NCBI GenBank assembly: GCA_963836235.1
Contig: CAWIIP010000002.1
Span: forward strand, 1,632,001-1,696,000
DNA: 64,000 nt
Direction of reading: 5' to 3'
Source of the DNA: an uncultured Pseudomonadota bacterium
GTDB lineage: Bacteria > Oederibacteriota > Muellerivitia > Muellerivitales > Muellerivitaceae
The first letter of the stretch is position 1. Each line of letters opens with the position of its first letter. Under the pieces are notes generated by a model. The model was not told the origin of the DNA. It was given only the letters and a program-made list of their open reading frames with translations, and ran no database searches. The position numbers were made by a program, and so were the translations under genes. Below, in pieces: positions 58,095-64,000 of this stretch.

Positions 58095-59057
58095 TCAGAC
58101 TTGAAATGGTTTTTCTTCCACGGGTTTTTGGGTTTCTTGGAGAAGAAAAAGAGTTCCCCAAACCTTGCCGGAAGGGCCGGATCCGGAAGCGCTATCCAGC
58201 CGAAAACGCTTGGGTTTACTATTCCAATGCGTGTCCAGGTACTCCCGCTTTAATTCCTGACGATTTTTAATGGAATTCGCCATGAGGTCGCCGATGTCCC
58301 CCAAGGGGGTGTCCTTCGAGAAAAGATAAATATTGGAAAGGCTTTTGGGGTTCACGTCGAGGATTTTCCCGACACGGGCGTTGACGAAGATGGTATAGCC
58401 TTCGATTGAAACCGCGATGGCTCCGATAGGGAGAGTATCCAGAACATTTTTTAAGGTTGCGGCATATTCCAAAGCGGCCTGGTCGCCCTCCCTTACCCTT
58501 TCGGTGAGAAGGCTGGTTTTGCGGGCCAATTCCACGAGTTCTTTTTCTTCTTGGACGGTACGGTAGGCCAGGTACCCGGAATGAATGGCCACCACGAAAA
58601 GCAAGGCACAGGAAAGGAACAGGAAGGGATCGTAATAATTGAAATTGTCACTTTTGTAATAAATTAAATAGACGTAAAGCGCTATGACGGCGATGGAGAC
58701 GAAAACACTTCGGCCCACCGATTGGCTGAGGGCGGAAATAAAAAAAGTGAGAAAAATAAGGATCAAAAGATTGGTGTCGAAATGGTCGAAAAGGTAAATC
58801 CCGGCCAGTAAAAAGACAAAGTCCATCGAAAAAACAATGTATTGGAAACGGACTTTCTCAAACTTCTCCGCCGCCAAGAAATAAAAGGGAATAAAGGACG
58901 CCGCCAGGACCAAGGCGTAAACCACCGCCAACTTTTTTTGCTCCGGGTGGGCCAACAGGAAAAAATAAGCAAAACATAAAAGGATGAGGGCTAGAAGCAG
59001 GCGAATCAGGAAGATGTTTTTCTTAACGTGGGGTGTGGCTTGTTGGAGTCCGCTCAT
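58095..59057 (-). CDS. Multi-pass membrane protein with coiled coil and C-terminal PAS domain, no output domain
   Basis: About 6 TM helices; LKNVLDTLPIGAIAVSIEG.TIFVNARVGKIL...GTLFLLQE PAS pattern. Confidence 0.75.
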   Translation of the reverse strand: MSGLQQATPHVKKNIFLIRLLLALILLCFAYFFLLAHPEQKKLAVVYALVLAASFIPFYFLAAEKFEKVRFQYIVFSMDFVFLLAGIYLFDHFDTNLLILIFLTFFISALSQSVGRSVFVSIAVIALYVYLIYYKSDNFNYYDPFLFLSCALLFVVAIHSGYLAYRTVQEEKELVELARKTSLLTERVREGDQAALEYAATLKNVLDTLPIGAIAVSIEGYTIFVNARVGKILDVNPKSLSNIYLFSKDTPLGDIGDLMANSIKNRQELKREYLDTHWNSKPKRFRLDSASGSGPSGKVWGTLFLLQETQKPVEEKPFQV

Positions 59058-59135
59058 GGTAGCCTTGGCCTCCATTTTTTTATTCGAATGTCTTGTATCG
59101 GCCGACAATATTTATCATAAAGCAGGGGAAAGAAC

Positions 59136-60041
59136 GTGAAAAGCCCAAAGACATCCTATCCCCCCAGCGTTTGGCTGGCGTTGGCTTGCGTTTATGTGGT
59201 TTGGGGTTCCACCTACCTGGCGATCCGTTTTGCTATCGCCACGATTCCACCTTTCCTGATGGCGGGAACCCGGTTCTTGTCCTCGGGGCTTCTTTTGTAT
59301 TTTTTGATGCGATGGAAAGGGGATAAAAAGCCCCGGTTCGATCACTGGCGGTCCGCCACCATCATCAGTTTCTTCCTGATCGTCGTGGCCAATGGGGGAG
59401 TGAGCTGGATGGAACAAAAGGTTCCCTCCGGTATCACGGCCTTATTGGTTGGGACGGTCCCTCTTTGGATGGTTCTCTTGGAATGGGCCAGCAAAGGAGG
59501 GAAAAGGCCGGGTTTAGCAACCTGGTGTGGAATTTTTTTAGGAATGCTGGGCATTATCCTGCTGGTTTTTTCCCGCCAGAGTCCGGGAGAACTTCAAGTA
59601 AATCCTTGGAGCGCGGCTTGCCTGGTGTTCACGTCGCTGTCCTGGGCCTATGGGTCGCTTTACGCGCGCTCGGCCGCCCTGCCTTCTTCGGCCCTCCTGG
59701 CCACTTCCATGGAAATGATCACAGGCGGCGTGATGCAATTGCTCGTGGGATTGGGGTTGGGGGAAGCCGGCCAATTTCATTATTCCCAAATGACTTCTTC
59801 GTCCCTCGAAGCTTGGATTTATTTGACTTTGATCGGGTCCCTCGTGGGCTTTACCTCCTACATTTGGGTGCTTCAAAAATCCACGCCCGAACTGGCCTCC
59901 ACTTATGCCTTTGTAAATCCCGTTATCGCGGTTTTTTTGGGCTGGCTTTGGGCGGGGGAATCTGTGACCCCATCGCTTTTTTTGTCCTCAGTCCTCATCG
60001 TGGCGGCCGTGGTTTTAATCACTCTTAAGCCTGGCAAATAA
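59136..60041 (+). CDS. EamA/DMT-family transporter (YedA-like)
   Basis: VYVVWGSTYLAIR, PPFLMAGTRF, STYAFVNPVIAV. Confidence 0.92.
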   Translation: MKSPKTSYPPSVWLALACVYVVWGSTYLAIRFAIATIPPFLMAGTRFLSSGLLLYFLMRWKGDKKPRFDHWRSATIISFFLIVVANGGVSWMEQKVPSGITALLVGTVPLWMVLLEWASKGGKRPGLATWCGIFLGMLGIILLVFSRQSPGELQVNPWSAACLVFTSLSWAYGSLYARSAALPSSALLATSMEMITGGVMQLLVGLGLGEAGQFHYSQMTSSSLEAWIYLTLIGSLVGFTSYIWVLQKSTPELASTYAFVNPVIAVFLGWLWAGESVTPSLFLSSVLIVAAVVLITLKPGK

Positions 60042-60693
60042 TCTACTGAAATGCCAAGGGGCCAAGGACGTCAGAAGAAAAACACAAAAAATAACTAGTT
60101 TTATTTCGGCTATAGTTTGCATGAGGACGCGGTGAAATCGGCGGTAGCCGTGGCCCAATGTTTTGGAATGGACCTTTAATTTGTCGTAAACTCGGTTCCA
60201 TTGTCTCCCGCCTTTGAATCCTCATTTACCCGTGAATTCCTTTGCGATAAGGGGGTGGGCTAAGAACAATCACCCCTCTTTTCAAGCCACTGACACCCTA
60301 AAATGTGCCTCTCTTTTTTTAGGGGTTATCACGAAGCTGGATGAGGGGTATAATATTTTTAAGAAAGAGAGGGGTTTTTAAGGCCTCTTTTCCCCAGGGC
60401 GGCGGGTTCCGTTGATGAAAGCCTTATCGACGGCAGTGAGAGACCACTTGTCCTTCATGGTGGGGAAGACCGGAAATATCGGCTTCCTTTACACCCGGAC
60501 CTTGCGCGAATGCGTAAGAAGTTCCTGAAAGAACGCGAACGGGTCCAAAACTCCGGTTTTGATGAGAAGTTTTAGGGATGTGGAATTGCTTTTTTGCCTG
60601 TGGCGGGTCGGTTTTTCGACCGACCGTTTCATGGCTTCAAATAGCGCTGACCCTTCCTTGCCGTTAAAATTGATTCGTGAGGTGCATTAAGCT

Positions 60694-61695
60694 ATGCAAC
60701 AAATTGAAGTCCAAGAAATCAACCCAACCCAAACCCTTTTAACCCCTAAACCAACCCAAAAACCATCCACCCAACCGGCCGCCAAAGATTCAAAGACCAA
60801 GAAGGACCTTTTACGGACCTTTACGGTCGATGAAAAAATCGACTGGGCCGGTAGTATCCCTTTTTTCAGTGTGCATGTGATGGGCGTCTTGGCTATCTTC
60901 ACCGGCATCAGCTGGGCGGCCATCGCCATGTGTCTTTTCATGTACTATGCTCGCATGTTCGCCATCACGGGTATCTACCACCGCTACTTCTCCCACCGCA
61001 CCTATAAGACCAGCCGGTTTTTCCAGGCCATCATGGCTATTTGGGGAACCTCCTGCGCCCAACAGGGGCCGCTTTGGTGGGCCGCCCATCACCGCCATCA
61101 CCACAAGTTTTCGGACACGCCGGAGGACATCCATTCACCCCGCCTGCGGGGTTTCTGGTGGGCCCATTGGGGCTGGCTGATCTGCAAGCGTTACGCGGAT
61201 ACCAACGAGGAAGCCGTGAAGGATTTGGCCAAATATCCCGAGCTCAAGTTCATCAACAAATATCACCACCTGGCCCCCTTCGCGCTGGCCACGCTCATCT
61301 TTTTCTTCGGTTCTTTCCTGGCGCGCGTTGCGCCAGGGCTGCATACCAATGGTCTTCAAATGATTTCCTGGGGCTTCTTCACCTCCACCACCCTTCTTTA
61401 CCACGGTACCTTTACGATTAATTCCCTGTCCCATGTTTTTGGAAAAAAGCGGTTTGAGACGGGGGACGACAGCAAGAACAACTTCATCCTGTCGATTATC
61501 ACGATGGGGGAAGGGTGGCATAATAACCACCATAAGTTTCCCTTCGCCGAATCCCAGGGCATCTACTGGTGGGAGATTGATATGTCCCATTATGTCCTGA
61601 AAGTTTTCTCCTGGATCGGCTTGGTTTGGGACATCCAAATTCATCCCAAAGAACTTTTCACCAAAGGCACCGCCAACAAGGGAACCGCGGCGTAA
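60694..61695 (+). CDS. Delta-9 acyl-lipid/acyl-CoA desaturase
   Basis: His boxes HRYFSH, HHRHHH, GEGWHNNHH. Confidence 0.93.
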   Translation: MQQIEVQEINPTQTLLTPKPTQKPSTQPAAKDSKTKKDLLRTFTVDEKIDWAGSIPFFSVHVMGVLAIFTGISWAAIAMCLFMYYARMFAITGIYHRYFSHRTYKTSRFFQAIMAIWGTSCAQQGPLWWAAHHRHHHKFSDTPEDIHSPRLRGFWWAHWGWLICKRYADTNEEAVKDLAKYPELKFINKYHHLAPFALATLIFFFGSFLARVAPGLHTNGLQMISWGFFTSTTLLYHGTFTINSLSHVFGKKRFETGDDSKNNFILSIITMGEGWHNNHHKFPFAESQGIYWWEIDMSHYVLKVFSWIGLVWDIQIHPKELFTKGTANKGTAA

Positions 61696-61719
61696 GTTTC
61701 TAACCCATTTACTCGAGTT

Positions 61720-61753
61720 AAAAAGGAGTGAACCTTTCGGTTCGCTCCTTTTT
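61720..61753. terminator. Bidirectional Rho-independent terminator
   Basis: aaaaaggagtgaacc-tttc-ggttcgctccttttt. Confidence 0.85.
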
Positions 61754-61841
61754 GTTTTGAGGGCAAGCGATCTCCCCGTCTTGACAGAAGAGGGCTTCCT
61801 TACTTAACTTGTGCGGCGATAAAAATATTGAAGGAGAAACC

Positions 61842-62381
61842 ATGCCCGAAGAGATTGAGGTTCCCACCGAGCACCTGCACGAACATCTGGAACACGAGGC
61901 CGAGGAAGGCAAGGAAAGATGGGTTTTGGGGGTTGCCTTAAGCTCAGCCTTTCTGGCCGCTTTCGCGGCGGTAGCTTCCCTTTTGGCGGGGCATCATGTC
62001 AACGAAGCCATGATCGACCAACTCAAGGCTTCCGACCAATGGAACTATTACCAGGCCAAGGGAATCAAATCGGCGGTTTTGAGCTCCAAAATGGATCTTT
62101 TAAGAGGTGAACATCACAAGGTTTCCCCCCAGGATGAGGAGAAAATAAGCCAATACAAGGACGACCAGGACAAGATTTCGGAAGAAGCCAAGAAAGACGA
62201 GGAATCCTCGGAAGCTCATTTGACCCACCACATTATTCTGGCCCGCGCGGTGACCCTCTTCCAAGTGGCTATCGCTATCGGTGCCATCGCAGCCTTGGCC
62301 CGCCGAAAAATTTTCTGGTATGTCAGTTTGGGGTTCGGCGGGATTGGTCTTATTTTTTTTATCGAGGGATTGCTGATTTAA
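61842..62381 (+). CDS. DUF4337-family membrane protein
   Basis: ASDQWNYYQAKGIK; AVTLFQVAIAIGAI; RBS AAGGAG. Confidence 0.85.
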   Translation: MPEEIEVPTEHLHEHLEHEAEEGKERWVLGVALSSAFLAAFAAVASLLAGHHVNEAMIDQLKASDQWNYYQAKGIKSAVLSSKMDLLRGEHHKVSPQDEEKISQYKDDQDKISEEAKKDEESSEAHLTHHIILARAVTLFQVAIAIGAIAALARRKIFWYVSLGFGGIGLIFFIEGLLI

Positions 62382-62461
62382 AAGCGAAATAAAAGTTCAA
62401 AAAGCATTTTATGTTTAAAAAAACCATTTTTTACTTCCATGCGTTGAGATCGATCTGATTC

Positions 62462-64000
62462 TTAGCAACAACCATATTCCGGCAATTCATGTCCCTTGTG
62501 GCTGGTGTCGTGAACGGCTTTGGGGTGTTTCTTCAGCACTAAGATCTGGTACCAGCGGTGGAAGGATTCCCAGAGGATCACGACCGCACAGGCCATGATG
62601 ACGACCGTGGCGGCCACGTCGATGTAGCATTGGGCCGCCTTTTCCGGATGGACGGCAGCGGTTGGCAGGAAGTTGTCCTTGATGTTCAAGAAAGCCGCGG
62701 TCAGGGTCGTGGTGGAAACGAAGAGAAGGGGGGCCAAGGTCGTCCAGGCGTATTTGGCCCGGCCCGCGTTGATGATGGCGCTGGTGGCCACGGCCAGGGC
62801 TACCGCGGCCAAAAGCTGGTTGGCGGTTCCGAACATAGGCCAAATCGTGCTGACATTGCCCGTCCAGATGAAATAGGCCCAAAGGAAAACCACTAAGCCA
62901 GTCGAAAGCAGGGTGCCGGGCAGCCAATTCTGGTTCCCAAAGGGCCCCCAAAAGCGACCTCCGAACTCCTGCACCAAAAACCGCGCCACGCGGGTTCCCG
63001 CGTCGATCGTGGTCAGAATGAAAAGCGCTTCGAACATGATCATGAAATGATAGAAGTAGGACATCAGGCTTTGAAGACCGGGCATTCCTGAGAAGATTTG
63101 CGCGAAACCCACGGCCAGGGAAACGGCCCCGCCGGGCCTGCCTGCCACATTTTCACCCACGGCCTGGGACAGCTCCTGTAAATGCACCGAGCTTATTCCC
63201 AGCGAGGCGAATTTTTCAGGCGAAAGATTGATGGCGAAATAATCGGCGGGAAAGAGAGAGCAGGAAGCCAATAAGGCCACGACCCCGACCAACCCTTCCA
63301 TCAGCATGGCGCCGTATCCCACGAACCGCGCCTCGCTTTCCTTATCCAACATTTTGGGCGTGGTGCCGGAAGAGACCAGCGCGTGGAAGCCTGATATAGC
63401 CCCACAGGCAATGGTGATGAAGACGAAGGGAAAGAGCTTGCCCGGGACGATCGGCCCACCGCCGTTAACGTATTGGGTGAAGGCGGGCATTTTCAAGTCC
63501 GGGTGGACCCAGATAATGCCGATCACGAGCCCCGCGATGGTGCCGACCTTCATATAAGAGCTCAGGTAATCCCGGGGCGCCAGGAGCATCCAGATGGGCA
63601 AAACCGAAGCAAGAAAACCGTAAAGAGCCAGCCATCCAATCACTCCCTCACGGGAAAGGGTGAAGAAGGGGGCCAGGGGCGAGCCGGGAACCCAGGCGCC
63701 GAAAATCACCACCGCCATCACCATCACCACCCCGATCACACTGGCCTCCACCAGCTTGCCCGGGCGAAAGTTGTGCATCCAAAAGCCGATGAGGAAGGCG
63801 ATGGGGATGGTCATGCCGATGGAAAAAACGCCCCAGGGGCTTTCCTTCAAGGCGTTGACGACGGCCAGGCCCAATCCCGCCAGGGCCATGACCACGATGA
63901 AGAAGATCGCCAGAGACCCCGCGGCTCCGGCCAGGGGGCTGATCTCGTGCCGGGCGATTTCGGCCAGCGAGCGGCCCTTACGCCTTAACGACGCCACTAG
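62462..64000 (-). CDS. cstA: Carbon starvation protein A / peptide-pyruvate transporter (5' end outside window)
   Basis: LLAPRDYLS, FITIACGAISGFH, GRPGGAVSLAVG, IWPMFGTANQLLA. Confidence 0.95.
   Translation of the reverse strand, partial: LVASLRRKGRSLAEIARHEISPLAGAAGSLAIFFIVVMALAGLGLAVVNALKESPWGVFSIGMTIPIAFLIGFWMHNFRPGKLVEASVIGVVMVMAVVIFGAWVPGSPLAPFFTLSREGVIGWLALYGFLASVLPIWMLLAPRDYLSSYMKVGTIAGLVIGIIWVHPDLKMPAFTQYVNGGGPIVPGKLFPFVFITIACGAISGFHALVSSGTTPKMLDKESEARFVGYGAMLMEGLVGVVALLASCSLFPADYFAINLSPEKFASLGISSVHLQELSQAVGENVAGRPGGAVSLAVGFAQIFSGMPGLQSLMSYFYHFMIMFEALFILTTIDAGTRVARFLVQEFGGRFWGPFGNQNWLPGTLLSTGLVVFLWAYFIWTGNVSTIWPMFGTANQLLAAVALAVATSAIINAGRAKYAWTTLAPLLFVSTTTLTAAFLNIKDNFLPTAAVHPEKAAQCYIDVAATVVIMACAVVILWESFHRWYQILVLKKHPKAVHDTSHKGHELPEYGCC

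Overview
64-kb window from a GC-rich diderm bacterium. It has lipoproteins, beta-barrels, a PorV-like barrel, FlgD/T9SS-like C-terminal tails and Pro/Thr-repeat proteins. That gene style suggests an uncultured lineage such as FCPU426, but this is inference only. Core content: a complete nuoA-N complex I operon behind two Rex/CRP-type palindromes (nuoN carries two +1 frameshifts), gnd, a korAB-ferredoxin-FNR-Sdh1-type succinate dehydrogenase cluster, transporters (NitT/TauT-type ABC, PiT, EamA, CstA, DedA), arsC, a desaturase and an adenylate cyclase. An accessory zone at about 30-43 kb holds an intact IS30, a nonsense-disrupted TPR/beta-barrel gene, an AT-rich lipoprotein cluster, and a coupled three-gene cassette plus micro-ORF (including a Cys/His DUF7689-like enzyme) next to a decayed IS1595 transposase. 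Notable non-coding signals: a candidate ~90-nt structured sRNA beside two covarying hairpins (57.7-58.0 kb), a ZntR-like 20-bp-spacer promoter before arsC, and palindromic elements inside operons and one CDS. No tRNA, rRNA or CRISPR array was seen. All family assignments come from motif recognition by eye; no searches were run.
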